64,000 nt of DNA from Alphaproteobacteria bacterium (lineage in GTDB: Bacteria > Pseudomonadota > Alphaproteobacteria > MPNO01). The stretch covers positions 960,001-1,024,000 of the forward strand of contig OZ219866.1 in the NCBI GenBank assembly GCA_964291675.2. Reading direction: 5' to 3'. Shown piece after piece: positions 50,740 to 62,300 of the stretch. The position numbers were made by a program, and so were the translations under genes. Position 1 is the first letter of the stretch. Every line of letters starts with the position of its first letter. The notes under the pieces are model-generated. The model worked only from the letters and a program-made list of their open reading frames with translations, did no database searches and was not told where the DNA came from.

Positions 50740-51411
50740 TCATGTCCCCGCATCACGCCGCTCCATGGCGTCGAACTCGTGTACCATAAACGCTGTTGCG
50801 ATCATGGGCATCAACCAATTGATGACCGGGATGCTTAACAGAAGCGTGATCAGAATCCCTCCGACAAAGATCCGCCACCGGAATTTCCGGCATGCGCGCC
50901 GCGCCGTGCGCGGCTCCAGTCGGCGCAGCGCGACCAGCTCGAAATATTCACGTCCCAACAAATAGCCGTTCAACCCGTAGAAAACAAAGACATTTATTCC
51001 CGGCACCAAGTACAGCGGCAGGACCAGAAGGTTGAGCGCGAGCGCGATCAGGACGAGCTTCGCGGTGGAGAAGGTGGACGACAATATCGACTGGCCCGGC
51101 GCCTCCGGCTTGTCCGGGTAGTGCCTGGCATCGACCGCGTCGGCGATTTCCTCGAGGAAGAGGCCGACCACCAGGGTCGCGACCAGCGGGAACAGCATGA
51201 CTGCCACGATCGCCGCGCCCGCCCCGGCGACCGCCTTGATCGTCCAATCCAGCCAGGCGATGCCAACCAGCTCGATGGCGTGAAGCGCCCAGCCCACGGC
51301 GAAGATCAGCGCGGCGAACAGCGCTGCGGAGATCGCGGCGGTCTTGAGGGCGACCGCGCGGAAGGCCGGATCGAGGGCCTGTCGAACGGCGAGCAGCAGG
51401 TTCCTTGGCAT
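50740..51411 (-). CDS. EI24/CysZ-like membrane protein
   Basis: Multiple TM helices, LFLEEIADAVDARHYP, NGYLLGREYF, IPVINWLMP. Confidence 0.85.
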   Translation of the reverse strand: MPRNLLLAVRQALDPAFRAVALKTAAISAALFAALIFAVGWALHAIELVGIAWLDWTIKAVAGAGAAIVAVMLFPLVATLVVGLFLEEIADAVDARHYPDKPEAPGQSILSSTFSTAKLVLIALALNLLVLPLYLVPGINVFVFYGLNGYLLGREYFELVALRRLEPRTARRACRKFRWRIFVGGILITLLLSIPVINWLMPMIATAFMVHEFDAMERRDAGT

Positions 51412-51521
51412 CGGCGGCACTCGAACGGCGTAAGGGCACTGCGCGGGTTCGCCGCACCCGGCGCCGCCAGTATACTGGCGCGGCGCCAGAGCTGCGACCG
51501 CACGCACCCGAAGAGGTATCC

Positions 51522-52514
51522 ATGGCCGCCGACCCCGCGCCGTTCGACGCCGTCGGCCTCGGCAACGCGATCGTCGACGTCGTGGTGCAGACCGACGACG
51601 CCACGCTCGCCGAACTCGCCCTGCGAAAGGGCGCGACGACGTTGATCGATGCCGACCGGGCGTCCGGCCTGCAACGCTATGTCGAGGACGGGCTGGAAGT
51701 TTCCGGCGGCTCGGCGGCGAACACCATCGCCGGGCTCGCCTCGCTGGGCGGCAGGGGCGCCTTTCTCGGCAAGGTCGGCGGCGACCGGCTGGGCGAGGTG
51801 TTCCGCACCGACATCACGGCGATCGGCGTGGAATACCGCTCGCCGCCGGCGCCTGCCGGTCTCGAGACCGCGCGCTGCCTGGTCCTGGTCACGCCCGATG
51901 CGGAGCGGACGATGCTGACCTTTCTCGGCGTCTCGACCGCTTTCGGTCCGGAGGACGTCGACCGGGAGCTGATCGGCAAGGCCGCGATCACCTATCTGGA
52001 GGGGTACCTGTTCGACGAGGAGCGGGCGAAGGCCGCATTCGTGCGCGCCGCCGAGCTCGCCCACGCCGCCGGCCGCAAGGTCGCGCTGTCGCTCTCCGAT
52101 CCGTTCTGCGTCGAGCGCCACCGCGGCGCGTTCCGCCATCTCGTGCGCGGCCATGTCGACATCCTGTTCGCCAACGAGGCCGAGATCACCGCGCTTTACG
52201 AGGTCGAAAGCTTCGACGAGGCCTGCCGGCTGGCGGGCGCCGAATGCGCCTTTGCGGCGCTCACCAGGGGGGCCGCCGGTTCGTCCATCGTCGCCGACGG
52301 CAGGATCTCGCCAGTCGCCGCGGCGCCGGTCCCGCGGGTTCTCGACACCACGGGTGCCGGCGATCTCTATGCCGCGGGCGTGCTGTTCGGACTTGCCCGG
52401 GGCTACGAGCCCGAGCGATGCGGGAGCATCGGCGCCATCGCCGCGGCCGAAATCGTCGGCCATTACGGCGCCCGCCCGCGGGCGCGGCTTGCCGATCTGC
52501 TGCCCGCCGCCTGA
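51522..52514 (+). CDS. PfkB family adenosine kinase
   Basis: GLGNAIVD, SGGSAANT, ERTM.T.LG, LFANEAE, DTTGAGD. Confidence 0.9.
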   Translation: MAADPAPFDAVGLGNAIVDVVVQTDDATLAELALRKGATTLIDADRASGLQRYVEDGLEVSGGSAANTIAGLASLGGRGAFLGKVGGDRLGEVFRTDITAIGVEYRSPPAPAGLETARCLVLVTPDAERTMLTFLGVSTAFGPEDVDRELIGKAAITYLEGYLFDEERAKAAFVRAAELAHAAGRKVALSLSDPFCVERHRGAFRHLVRGHVDILFANEAEITALYEVESFDEACRLAGAECAFAALTRGAAGSSIVADGRISPVAAAPVPRVLDTTGAGDLYAAGVLFGLARGYEPERCGSIGAIAAAEIVGHYGARPRARLADLLPAA

Positions 52515-52553
52515 AAAACGGCGAATATCCCGGTCCGACGAGGCACGCCCGGC

Positions 52554-54371
52554 ATGGAGCTTCGCAACATCGCCCTGATCGCGCATGTCGATCACGGCAA
52601 GACGACGCTCGTCGACTCGATGTTCCGGGCCGCGGGCGCGATACGCGCCAACCAGCGCATCGCCGACCGCGCGCTCGATTCGGGCGACCAGGAACGCGAG
52701 CGCGGCATCACCATCCTCGCCAAGTGCACCGCCGTGGTCTGGCGCGGCACCAAGATCAACATCGTCGACACCCCGGGTCACGCCGATTTCGGCGGCGAGG
52801 TGGAGCGTATCCTGTCGATGGTGGACGGCGCGCTGCTGCTGGTCGACGCCGCCGAAGGCCCCATGCCGCAGACCAAGTTCGTGCTCGCCAAGGCGCTCGG
52901 GCGCGGGCTCGCGCCGATCGTGGTGATCAACAAGGTGGACCGCCGCGACGGCCGGCCGCATGCCGTCGTCGACGCGGCGTTCGACCTGTTCGCCGCGCTC
53001 GGCGCCGACGAGCGGCAGCTCGATTTCCCCATAATCTACGCCTCCGCCCGGGAGGGCTGGGCGGCGCGCGAGCTCGATGCGCCGAGGGCCGGGATGGAGC
53101 CGCTGTTCGATGCCATACTGAACGAGGTCGCGCCGCCGCCTCCCGACCCCGGCGGCGCCTTCGCCATGCTCGCCAGCATCCTCGAATACGATGCCCATCT
53201 CGGCCGCGTGCTGACCGGGCGCATCGCGCGCGGCACGGCCGAGGTCAACATGCCGGTGACGGTGCTCAACCGCGACGGCGAAACCGTCGAGCAGTCCCGC
53301 ATGACCAAGCTGCTGACCTTCAACGGGCTTGCCCGCGTGCCCGCGCGACGGGTCTCCGCCGGCGACATCGTGGCCATCGCCGGGCTCAAGACCGCGACCG
53401 TCGCCGATACCGTCGCCGCGGCGGAGCGCCCGGCCGCGCTCGCCGCATCGCCGGTCGATCCGCCCACGCTTGCGATGCGGTTTACCATCAACGATTCGCC
53501 GCTGGCCGGAAACGACGGCGACAAGGTGACCTCGCGCCTGCTGCGCGACCGCCTGTTCCGCGAGGCCGAAAGCAATGTCGCCATCGATCTCAGCGCCATC
53601 GAGGGCGAGGACGGCGTCGAGGTGCGCGGCCGGGGCGAGCTGCAGCTCGGCGTCCTGATCGAGACCCTGCGGCGCGAGGGCTTCGAGCTGTCGGTGTCGC
53701 GGCCGCGCGTGCTCTACCGCGTCGACCCCGGGACCGGCGCCCGGCTGGAGCCGCTCGAAGAGGTGATCGTCGACGTCGACGACGCCCATGTCGGCGTGGT
53801 CGTCGAGTCGCTGGGCCGCCGGCGCGGCGAGATGTCCGACATGCGCCCGTCGGGCGGCGGCAAGACGCGGATCGGCTTCATCGCGCCGTCGCGCGGGCTG
53901 ATCGGCTTCCTCGGCGAGCTGATGAACGACACCCGCGGCACCGGGGTCATGTCCCGCGTGTTCCACGGCTATGGCCCGCACCGCGGCGAGCTGGAGGATC
54001 GGCGGCGCGGCGTGCTGATCTCCACCGGCGACGGGGAGGCGGTGGAATACGCGCTGCACAACCTGGAGGAGCGCGGCGTGCTGTTCGTCGAACCCGGCGA
54101 GCGGATCTATCGCGGGATGATCGTCGGCGAACACAGACGGGGCAACGATCTCGAGGTCAACCCGCTCAGGACCAAGCAGCTCACCAATATCCGCGCCGCC
54201 GGCAAGGACGACTCGATCCGCCTGACGCCGGCGCGCAGGCTGCGGCTGGAGGAGGCCATCTCCTACATCGCCGGAGACGAGCTGGTCGAGGTGACGCCGA
54301 AGAGCATCCGCCTGCGCAAGACGCTGCTCGACCCGCATGCGCGCCGGCGGGCGGCGCGCGGTGCCCGCTGA
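52554..54371 (+). CDS. typA: Translational GTPase TypA/BipA
   Basis: [52 protein letters not shown]. Confidence 0.97.
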   Translation: MELRNIALIAHVDHGKTTLVDSMFRAAGAIRANQRIADRALDSGDQERERGITILAKCTAVVWRGTKINIVDTPGHADFGGEVERILSMVDGALLLVDAAEGPMPQTKFVLAKALGRGLAPIVVINKVDRRDGRPHAVVDAAFDLFAALGADERQLDFPIIYASAREGWAARELDAPRAGMEPLFDAILNEVAPPPPDPGGAFAMLASILEYDAHLGRVLTGRIARGTAEVNMPVTVLNRDGETVEQSRMTKLLTFNGLARVPARRVSAGDIVAIAGLKTATVADTVAAAERPAALAASPVDPPTLAMRFTINDSPLAGNDGDKVTSRLLRDRLFREAESNVAIDLSAIEGEDGVEVRGRGELQLGVLIETLRREGFELSVSRPRVLYRVDPGTGARLEPLEEVIVDVDDAHVGVVVESLGRRRGEMSDMRPSGGGKTRIGFIAPSRGLIGFLGELMNDTRGTGVMSRVFHGYGPHRGELEDRRRGVLISTGDGEAVEYALHNLEERGVLFVEPGERIYRGMIVGEHRRGNDLEVNPLRTKQLTNIRAAGKDDSIRLTPARRLRLEEAISYIAGDELVEVTPKSIRLRKTLLDPHARRRAARGAR

Positions 54372-54428
54372 ACCGGCGCCCGGCCTCGCGGTGCTGCCGG
54401 TCGCCGCTAGGCGCGCGCCGGCGCCCGG

Positions 54429-55121
54429 TCAGTCGGGGGAGGCTTCGAGGCCGTAGCCGGCCGAGCGGACGGTGCGGATGACATCCGATTGACCGCCGTC
54501 GTTGAGCGCCTTGCGCAGCCGGCGGATGTGCACGTCGACCGTGCGCGTTTCGACATAGATGTCGTGCCCCCAGACGGCGTCGATCAGCTGGTTGCGCGAG
54601 AACACGCGGCCGGGGTGCTCCATCATGTAGCGCAGCAGGCGGAACTCGGTCGGGCCGAGCCTGACGCCGCGGCCGTTCCTGGTCACCCGGTGCGCGGCGA
54701 GATCCATCTCGATGTCGCTGAAGGCAAGCCGTTCCGCCGCGAGAGCCGGGCGTACCCGGCGCAGCACGGCGCGGATTCGGGCAAGCAGCTCGTCGGTCGA
54801 GAACGGCTTCGAGATGTAGTCGTCCGCGCCGGTGTCGAGCCCGCGGATGCGGTCCGTCTCCTCGGCGCGCGCGGTGAGGATGATGATCGGCACGTTGCGG
54901 GTGGCCGGCTTGCGCCGGAGCTGGCGGCAGACCTCGATGCCGCTCATATGCGGCATCATCCAGTCGAGCAGCACCAGATCGACCCGCTGTTCGGCGACGA
55001 CCGTCAAAGCCTCCTCGCCGTCGGGGGCGGTGACCACGTCGAGCCCCGCGCGTTCCAGGTTGTAGCGCAGCAGGGTCACCAGATCCGCCTCGTCATCGAC
55101 CAGCAGGACGACCGGTCTCAT
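54429..55121 (-). CDS. phoB: Phosphate regulon response regulator PhoB
   Basis: LLDWMMP..SGIEVCR, GADDYI.KPF, LGPTEFRLL, RTVDVHIRRLRK. Confidence 0.96.
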   Translation of the reverse strand: MRPVVLLVDDEADLVTLLRYNLERAGLDVVTAPDGEEALTVVAEQRVDLVLLDWMMPHMSGIEVCRQLRRKPATRNVPIIILTARAEETDRIRGLDTGADDYISKPFSTDELLARIRAVLRRVRPALAAERLAFSDIEMDLAAHRVTRNGRGVRLGPTEFRLLRYMMEHPGRVFSRNQLIDAVWGHDIYVETRTVDVHIRRLRKALNDGGQSDVIRTVRSAGYGLEASPD

Positions 55122-55158
55122 CGCGCTCCGTTCTCTGCGCTGGCGGTGACGACGCGGG

Positions 55159-55872
55159 TCACTTCGCATCGCCGCCGACCTCGTGATCGGCAGTGCTGCC
55201 GCGCGGCCGCGTCCGGCGCATGCGCGTGCCTTCCACCAGGTAATGGATGATCTCGGCGATGTTGGTCACATGGTCGCCGATGCGCTCGATATGCTTGGCG
55301 ATGAACAGCAGGTGGGTGCAGGGGGTGATGCTGCGCGGGTCCTCCATCATGTAGGTCAACAGCTCGCGGAACAGGCTGGTGTACATGTCGTCGACCTCGC
55401 GGTCGGAGGCCCAGACCGTCATCGCCTTGTCGAGGTTGCGCTCGATATAGGCGTCCAGCACCTCCTTGATCATCTGCTGGACCTGCCGGCTCATGCGCGG
55501 AATCGCGTGTACCGGCCGCACCGGCGCCACCTCGGAGAGCGCCAGCGACCGCCGCGCGATGTTCGAGGCGTAGTCGGCGATGCGTTCGAGGTCGGCGGCG
55601 ATCTTCAGCGCCGAAACGATGTTGCGCAGGTCGAGCCCCATCGGCTGGCGCAGCGCGATCAGCACCGTCGCCTTCTCGTCGATCTCGTAGTTGAGATCGT
55701 CCACCCGCTCGTCGTCGGCGACCACCGTTTCCGCGAGGTCGGGGTTGCGGTTGACCAGCGCCTCGATCGCGCGGGCGATCTGCGACTCGGTGAGCCCGCC
55801 CATCCGCGCGATCATGTCGTTGAGGTCGCGCAGCTCCTCGTCATAGGACCTGACGATGTGTTCTGCTTCCAT
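55159..55872 (-). CDS. phoU: Phosphate signalling protein PhoU
   Basis: [37 protein letters not shown]. Confidence 0.96.
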   Translation of the reverse strand: MEAEHIVRSYDEELRDLNDMIARMGGLTESQIARAIEALVNRNPDLAETVVADDERVDDLNYEIDEKATVLIALRQPMGLDLRNIVSALKIAADLERIADYASNIARRSLALSEVAPVRPVHAIPRMSRQVQQMIKEVLDAYIERNLDKAMTVWASDREVDDMYTSLFRELLTYMMEDPRSITPCTHLLFIAKHIERIGDHVTNIAEIIHYLVEGTRMRRTRPRGSTADHEVGGDAK

Positions 55873-55906
55873 GCCTGCTCCTCCAGCCGCCCGCCCCGCC
55901 GCGCCG

Positions 55907-56746
55907 CTAGCCGAACCGCCCGGTGATGTAGCCCTGCGTGCGTTCGTCGCTGGGGTTGGTGAAGATCTGCTCGGTGCTGCCCACCTCCACCAGATTGCCG
56001 AGGTGGAAGAAGGCGGTCTTCTGCGATACCCGCGCGGCCTGCTGCATCGAATGGGTGACGATGACGATGGTGAAGTTTTGCCGCAGCTCGTCGATCAGCT
56101 CCTCGATCCGGGCGGTGGCGATGGGGTCGAGCGCGGAGCACGGCTCGTCCATCAGGATCACCTCCGGGCTGATGGCGATCGCGCGGGCGATGCAGAGCCT
56201 TTGCTGCTGGCCGCCGGATAGCCCGGTTCCGGGCTCGTCGATGCGGTCCTTGACCTCTTCGAGCAATCCGGCGCGGTCGAGGCTCGAATGGACGATGTCG
56301 TCGAGCTCGGCGCGGTTCGCCGCGGTGCCGTGGATGCGCGGGCCGTAGGCGACGTTGTCGTAGATCGACTTGGGGAACGGGTTGGGCTTCTGGAACACCA
56401 TGCCGACGCGCGCGCGCAGCAGCACCACGTCGAGGGACGGGTCGTAGATGTCCTCCCCGTCGAGCGTCATCCGGCCGACCACGCGGCAGCTTTCGATGAC
56501 GTCGTTCATCCGGTTGAGGCAGCGCAGGAAGGTCGACTTGCCGCAGCCCGACGGGCCGATCAGCGCCGTCACCTGGTGTTCCGGGATGTCGATGTCGACG
56601 TTCCTGAGCGCCTCCTTCTCGCCGTAGAAGACGCCCACCCCCGTCGCCTCGATCTTGGTCGCCGGAAAATTGCGGCGCGCGGGCTCGACTCCCTCCCCGC
56701 CGCTCGGATCCGCGGTCCGGACCATCGTCGCCGTCGCTTCGTCCAT
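55907..56746 (-). CDS. pstB: Phosphate ABC transporter ATP-binding protein
   Basis: [48 protein letters not shown]. Confidence 0.97.
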   Translation of the reverse strand: MDEATATMVRTADPSGGEGVEPARRNFPATKIEATGVGVFYGEKEALRNVDIDIPEHQVTALIGPSGCGKSTFLRCLNRMNDVIESCRVVGRMTLDGEDIYDPSLDVVLLRARVGMVFQKPNPFPKSIYDNVAYGPRIHGTAANRAELDDIVHSSLDRAGLLEEVKDRIDEPGTGLSGGQQQRLCIARAIAISPEVILMDEPCSALDPIATARIEELIDELRQNFTIVIVTHSMQQAARVSQKTAFFHLGNLVEVGSTEQIFTNPSDERTQGYITGRFG

Positions 56747-56780
56747 CGTTTCCCTCCGTCCGGCGGGGCCCGTCCCCGGG

Positions 56781-58103
56781 CTACCAGCGCCGTTCGAACT
56801 TGCGCCTCAGATAGATCGCCAGCGCGTTCATGACCACCAGGAAACCGAGCAGAATCATGATCGCGGCGCTGGTCTTCTCGACAAAGCTCCGCTCCGGCAT
56901 GTCGCTCCAGAGATAGATCTGCACCGGCAGCACGGTGGCCGGGCTCAGCGGGTCGGTCGGAATGTCGACGATGAAGGCGACCATGCCGATCATCAGCAGC
57001 GGCGCGGTCTCGCCCAGCGCCTGGGCCATGCCGATGATGGTGCCGGTGAGGATGCCGGGCAGCGCCAGCGGCAGCACGTGATGGGTGATCACCTGGAGCT
57101 TCGATGCGCCGATGCCGAGCGCCGCCTCGCGGATCGAGGGCGGCACCGCCTTCAGCGCGGCCCGGGTCGCGATGATGATCGTCGGCAGGGTCATCAGCGC
57201 CAGCACCATGCCGCCGGCCAGCGGCGCCGAGCGCGGCACCCCGAAGAAGTTGAGGATCACCGCGAGCCCGAGCAGCCCGAAGACGATCGACGGCACCGCC
57301 GCGAGGTTGTTGATGTTGACCTCGATCAGGTCGGTCCAGCGGTTCCTGGGGGCGAACTCCTCGAGATAGACCGCCGCCCCGACGCCGACCGGGAAGGACA
57401 GCAGCAGCGTCACCATCATGGTGAAGAACGAGCCCATGATGGCGCCCCAGATCCCCGCCAGCTCCGGCTCGCGCGAGGCGCCGGACGAGAAGAACCTTGT
57501 GTTGAACCTGGTCTCCACCCGGTCGTCGGCGGCAAGCGCGTCGAACCAGGCGAGCTGCCGGTCATCGATCGGGCGCTCCCGTTGCGGGCGGTCGCGCTCG
57601 ATCTTGCCCTTGACCAGCATGTCGACATGGTCCGAGGCGGTCAGCCAGACCTCCTGGCGGGTGCCGACGATCGAGGGGTCGGCCAGCACCATGTCGCGCA
57701 GATCGTCCTCCGCGCCCTGGCTCAAGAGCGCGTAGAGCGAGCGCCGGTCGCGCCGCTTCTTCGCATCCCCGAACCGGTCGCGCAGCGCCTGCTTGTAGAT
57801 CGCTCCGTAATTGGCCCCGGCGAGGGCTTCGGGCGTGTTCCTGCCCGACGGGTCGAGCAGCTCGGCGTCGAACAGCACGTCGAGCTTGATATGGGTGTGG
57901 ACGAACGCCTGATAGCCCTGGGCTGCGATGCTGAACAGGAGCCAGACCAGCGCGACCATGGCGGTCGCGATGGCGATGACGCCATAGGCCTTGAACCGGC
58001 GTTCCGCGGCGTAGCGGCGGCGCAGCCGGCGCGCATCCAGCGTCGGCCGGCTCGCCGCCGGGTGCCGCGGTCGCGCGCCCGATGCGTCTGCCGCGTCAGT
58101 CAT
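56781..58103 (-). CDS. pstA: Phosphate ABC transporter permease PstA
   Basis: [38 protein letters not shown]. Confidence 0.95.
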   Translation of the reverse strand: MTDAADASGARPRHPAASRPTLDARRLRRRYAAERRFKAYGVIAIATAMVALVWLLFSIAAQGYQAFVHTHIKLDVLFDAELLDPSGRNTPEALAGANYGAIYKQALRDRFGDAKKRRDRRSLYALLSQGAEDDLRDMVLADPSIVGTRQEVWLTASDHVDMLVKGKIERDRPQRERPIDDRQLAWFDALAADDRVETRFNTRFFSSGASREPELAGIWGAIMGSFFTMMVTLLLSFPVGVGAAVYLEEFAPRNRWTDLIEVNINNLAAVPSIVFGLLGLAVILNFFGVPRSAPLAGGMVLALMTLPTIIIATRAALKAVPPSIREAALGIGASKLQVITHHVLPLALPGILTGTIIGMAQALGETAPLLMIGMVAFIVDIPTDPLSPATVLPVQIYLWSDMPERSFVEKTSAAIMILLGFLVVMNALAIYLRRKFERRW

Positions 58104-59478
58104 ATTGCTCCCTGTACTTGCGCACCACGTGCAGGGCGACGACGTTCATCGCCAGCGTGATGACGAACAGCACCAGGCCGAGCGCGAACGCCGCCAGGGT
58201 CTTGGCGCTGTCGAATTCCTGGTCGCCGATCAGCAGGGTGACGATCTGGACGGTCACCGTGGTCACCGCCTCGAACGGGTTGGCGGTGAGATTCGCCGCG
58301 AGCCCCGCCGCCATGACCACGATCATCGTCTCGCCGATCGCCCGGCTGACCGCGAGCAGGCAGGCCGCGAAAATGCCGGGGAGAGCGGCCGGCAGGATTA
58401 CCCGCCTGATGGTCTCCGACTTGGTGGCGCCCATCGCCAGCGAGCCGTTGCGCAGCGATTGCGGCACGGCGTTCATCACGTCGTCGGACAGCGAGGAGAT
58501 GAACGGGATGATCATGATCCCCATCACCGTCCCGGCGGCGAGCGCGCTCTCCGAGGCCACGTCGAGCCCGACCGATTCGCCGATCCCGCGGAATACCGGG
58601 GCGACGGTCAGCGCGGCGAAGAATCCGTAAACCACCGTCGGGATGCCGGCCAGGATCTCGACCACCGGCTTGACCGCGCCGCGCACCCTGGGATCGGCGT
58701 AGTCGGACAGGTAGATCGCCGACAGCAGGCCCACCGGCACCGCGATCAGCATGGCGATCAGGGTGATCAGCATGGTTCCGGCGAATAGCGGGATCGCCCC
58801 GAACACGCCGGTCGAGCCGACCTGGTCGGCGCGCAGCGCGGTCTGCGGGCTCCATACGACGCCGAAGACGAAATCGAAGAACGGGATCTCGCCGAAGAAC
58901 CGGATCGATTCGAAGACCAGCGAAAGCACGATGCCGACGGTGGTCAGGATGGCGATCGACGAACACGCGACAAGCAGGATGTCGATCGTCCTTTCCACCC
59001 GGTTGCGCGCCCGGAGCGCCGGCGCGACGCGGCCCCGCGCGAAGGCGAGACCGGCGATGGCAAGCGCCAGCGCGATCGCCGCGAGCGCGCCCTTGCCGGT
59101 CGCGTCCAGACGGTTGAGATGCGCCGCCGCCGCCGCCACATGGGGCGCGGCGCGGCTCGCCGGGATGGTGCCGTCGGCGGCGTTGCGGATGTCGTTCAGC
59201 AGGAGCGACATCCGGTCCGGGCCGAGACCGCGCATCGCCTCCGGCAGGGCGGAGACCACGATGCTCTCGATGACGCTGGGCTGGGCGAGCAGCCAGAGCA
59301 CGAAAATCCCGAGCGCCGGCAGGGCGCACCACAGCGCCACATAGGCGCCGTAATAGCCGGGCCGCGAATGCATCGAATGGCTGCGGCCGCCGGCCAGGGC
59401 GAGGGCCCGGCGACGGCCCAGGTAGTAGCCGAATATCGAAAGCGCGAGCAGCGCGATGATCAGTGAAAGCGGAGACAT
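58096..59478 (-). CDS. pstC: Phosphate ABC transporter permease PstC
   Basis: AIYLS.YA, ILAGIPTVVYGFF, SRAIGETMIV. Confidence 0.95.
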   Translation of the reverse strand: MSPLSLIIALLALSIFGYYLGRRRALALAGGRSHSMHSRPGYYGAYVALWCALPALGIFVLWLLAQPSVIESIVVSALPEAMRGLGPDRMSLLLNDIRNAADGTIPASRAAPHVAAAAAHLNRLDATGKGALAAIALALAIAGLAFARGRVAPALRARNRVERTIDILLVACSSIAILTTVGIVLSLVFESIRFFGEIPFFDFVFGVVWSPQTALRADQVGSTGVFGAIPLFAGTMLITLIAMLIAVPVGLLSAIYLSDYADPRVRGAVKPVVEILAGIPTVVYGFFAALTVAPVFRGIGESVGLDVASESALAAGTVMGIMIIPFISSLSDDVMNAVPQSLRNGSLAMGATKSETIRRVILPAALPGIFAACLLAVSRAIGETMIVVMAAGLAANLTANPFEAVTTVTVQIVTLLIGDQEFDSAKTLAAFALGLVLFVITLAMNVVALHVVRKYREQYD

Positions 59479-59563
59479 TGCCCGTTGGATCGCTTTCCGC
59501 TGCCGGCGTCGGTCGCGAGCTTGCCGGCCGGGCGGCGACCGATTCCGCCCGGCCGTTACGCAG

Positions 59564-60604
59564 CTACATGGCGAGCTTGGCGCCGGCCATCGCGGCGCTC
59601 CCGATCTTCTTGCGGTCCTCGTCGGATAGCGGGATCAGCCCCTTGTCCACGAGATAGCCTTCCGGACCCCAGGCGCGCTCGGCGGTGAATTCGCCGACAT
59701 ATTCCTCGATGCCCGGGATGACCCCGACATGCGCCTGCTTGACGTAGAAATACATCGAGCGCGACACCGGGTACTCGCCGCCCGAGATGGTCTCGAACTC
59801 GGGCGCGACGCCGTCGACCGTGGTGCCCTGGATCCGGTCGGCGTTCGAATCGAGGAAGCTGAAGCCGAAGATGCCGTAGGCGTTCGGGTTGGCGACCAGC
59901 TTCTGGATGATCAGCACGTCGTTCTCGCCCGCCTCGATGAAGGCGCCGTCCTCGCGGATGCCGTGGCAGATCGCCTTGTAGCGCCTCTTGTCCTGCTTCT
60001 TCATCGCCTCGATCGCGGGGAACTGCTTGCAGCCCCCTTCCATGGCGAGCTCGACGAAGGCGTCCCGCGTGCCGGAGGTCGGCGGCGGTCCGAGGACCTC
60101 GATCTTGCGCCCGGGAAGCGACGGGTCGATGTCGCTCCACATCTTGTACGGGTTGTCCTTCAGCGTCTCGCCCTTGGCGTCGGCCGGCACCGACTTGGCC
60201 AGCGCGAGGAACAGCTGCTTCAGGGTGATCTCGGTCGGCTTGGCCTTCCTCGAGTTGGCCAGCACGATGCCGTCATAGCCGATCTTCACCTCGGTGATCG
60301 CCTTGACGCCGTTCCTGGCGCAGCGGTCGACCTCGGACTTCTTGATGCGGCGCGAGGCATTGGTGACGTCGGGATGCCGAACGCCGACGCCCGCGCAGAA
60401 CAGCTTGAGGCCGCCGCCCGAGCCGGTGCTCTCGACGACGGGCGTCTTGAACTCGGTCGACTTGCCGAACTGTTCGGCGACCGCGGTCGAGAACGGGAAG
60501 ACCGTCGACGAGCCGACGATGCGGATCTGGTCGCGTGCCTGGGCGGAACTCGCCACCGCGATGGATACCACCGCCGCGGCAGCGAACATGGTGTGCTTGT
60601 TCAT
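59564..60604 (-). CDS. pstS: Phosphate ABC transporter substrate-binding protein
   Basis: Signal peptide; IRIVGSSTVFP, ESTGSGGG, NASR, PPTSGTRDAF. Confidence 0.94.
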   Translation of the reverse strand: MNKHTMFAAAAVVSIAVASSAQARDQIRIVGSSTVFPFSTAVAEQFGKSTEFKTPVVESTGSGGGLKLFCAGVGVRHPDVTNASRRIKKSEVDRCARNGVKAITEVKIGYDGIVLANSRKAKPTEITLKQLFLALAKSVPADAKGETLKDNPYKMWSDIDPSLPGRKIEVLGPPPTSGTRDAFVELAMEGGCKQFPAIEAMKKQDKRRYKAICHGIREDGAFIEAGENDVLIIQKLVANPNAYGIFGFSFLDSNADRIQGTTVDGVAPEFETISGGEYPVSRSMYFYVKQAHVGVIPGIEEYVGEFTAERAWGPEGYLVDKGLIPLSDEDRKKIGSAAMAGAKLAM

Positions 60605-60722
60605 GATATCTCCGTCTCGGATTTGTGGGTGTCGAGGCAGCGCGAATCTCTGTTCGGCCGGTTCGGGCGGGCCCTGTCTACCCCGGACGCCGACGGTGGT
60701 AAGCGTCCTGCGAGACCTCGAT

Positions 60723-60751
60723 ATGAAATTCCTGTTACGTTTTGATGACAG
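60723..60751 (-). promoter_or_regulatory. Pho box (three 11-bp-spaced half-sites) upstream of pstS
   Basis: Minus strand CTGTCAT-caaa-ACGTAAC-agga-ATTTCAT. Confidence 0.85.
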
Positions 60752-62177
60752 TGCCGGCTTCTTCTGCCTGCGCGCGCGTGTCGGGTTCCGGTGCGGCGCG
60801 CGGAAGGCGCACGGTGAACACGCTGCCGACCCCGAGCTCGCTCTCGATGGCGAGCTCGCCGCGGTGCCGGTTGACGATGTGCTTGACGATCGCCAGCCCC
60901 AGCCCGGTGCCGCCCATCTCGCGCGAACGCGCCGTGTCGACCCGGTAGAACCGCTCGGTGAGACGCCGCAGATGCTCCGCCGGGATGCCTTCTCCCTGGT
61001 CGCTGACGGCGATCCGGATGGCATCCGTCTCCGGCGTTCCGTCGCCCGCCCCGTCCAGCGTCGCGCCGTCGATGGAGATGCGGACCGAAGAGCCCTCCGC
61101 GCCGTACTTGATCGCGTTGTCGATCAGGTTCTGGAACAGCTGCGTCAGCTCCTCGCGCTCGCCGATCACCCCCGGCTCGGCGATATCGCCGTCGATCGAC
61201 AGCGCGATGCGGCGCGACCGGGCGGCGAATTGCAGGGAGTCCACCACCGGGGGGATCACCGAAGACAGCGATACCGTGGCGGACGGCGGCAGATGCTCGT
61301 TGAGCTCGATCTTCGACAGCGACAGGAGGTCGTTCACCAGCCGGCTCATGCGCTCGGCCTGGGTGCCCATCATCTCGAGGAACCGGTCGAAGGCCGCTTG
61401 GTCCTCCCTGGCCGGGCCGCGCAGCGTCTCGATGCAGCCGAGCAGCACCGAGATCGGCGTCCTCAGCTCGTGGCTCGCATTGGCGACGAAATCCGCCCGC
61501 GTGCGGCCGTGGCGCCGGATAGCGGTGACGTCGGTGACCGCGATCAGGGCGAGGGTTCCATCCGGCGCCGGCTCGGGCAGCGCGGCGATGCGGGCGGCCA
61601 GCTCGAGATCGGACCCCGCGAGACGGAAGTCGATCTCCTCGGCCGCGCCGGTGGCGATCACCCGTTCGGCGGCCTCCAGAACCCCGGGATCGCGCAGCGC
61701 GGCGACCAGGTCGGCGCCGACCGGATCGACCCCGAGCAGCGCCGTCGTGCTGCGCGAGGCGCGCACGATGCGCCGGTCGCCGTCGATCGCGATCACCGGG
61801 TCGGGCAGGCTGTCCAGCACGCTGTCGGCCGACGCGCTGCTCGTCGCCAGATCGCCGAGCCGCTGATGCAGCCCGGCCGTCGAATCGGCGAACGCCGACG
61901 CCAACCGGCGCGGGACCAAGGGCGATTCCAGGTGCAGCCGTTCCGGCGCGTCGCCGGCGTCAAGGCGGTTCAACCGGTCCGCGACCCGCGACAAACCCGA
62001 CAGATGGCGCCTGACCGGCAGCCACAGCGCGGCCGCCGCCACCGCCGCGCCCGCCGCCGCCACGCCGAGTCCGAGCTCCCCGGCCAGCACGAGCACCAGC
62101 AGGATACCGGCAAACGGGCCCGCGAGAACCGCTATCGCCCAGACCAGCGCTCGCTTGGGTACCGGATCGCTCTCCAT
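60735..62177 (-). CDS. phoR: Phosphate regulon sensor kinase PhoR
   Basis: Two TM helices, PAS-like region, ANASHELRTP, NLIDNAIKY, ERFYRVD..RSR..GGTGLGL. Confidence 0.92.
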   Translation of the reverse strand: MESDPVPKRALVWAIAVLAGPFAGILLVLVLAGELGLGVAAAGAAVAAAALWLPVRRHLSGLSRVADRLNRLDAGDAPERLHLESPLVPRRLASAFADSTAGLHQRLGDLATSSASADSVLDSLPDPVIAIDGDRRIVRASRSTTALLGVDPVGADLVAALRDPGVLEAAERVIATGAAEEIDFRLAGSDLELAARIAALPEPAPDGTLALIAVTDVTAIRRHGRTRADFVANASHELRTPISVLLGCIETLRGPAREDQAAFDRFLEMMGTQAERMSRLVNDLLSLSKIELNEHLPPSATVSLSSVIPPVVDSLQFAARSRRIALSIDGDIAEPGVIGEREELTQLFQNLIDNAIKYGAEGSSVRISIDGATLDGAGDGTPETDAIRIAVSDQGEGIPAEHLRRLTERFYRVDTARSREMGGTGLGLAIVKHIVNRHRGELAIESELGVGSVFTVRLPRAAPEPDTRAQAEEAGTVIKT

Positions 62178-62300
62178 GTCGTCACGCGGCCGGTCCGGCC
62201 CTTCACTCCGACGCGACGGCGATGCTAGCGCTTCGTGCGTCACCCGCCAAGCGGCCGTCTGGCTGGCGTCGCGCGCGGCATGATAGGTTGCCGGATGTCC

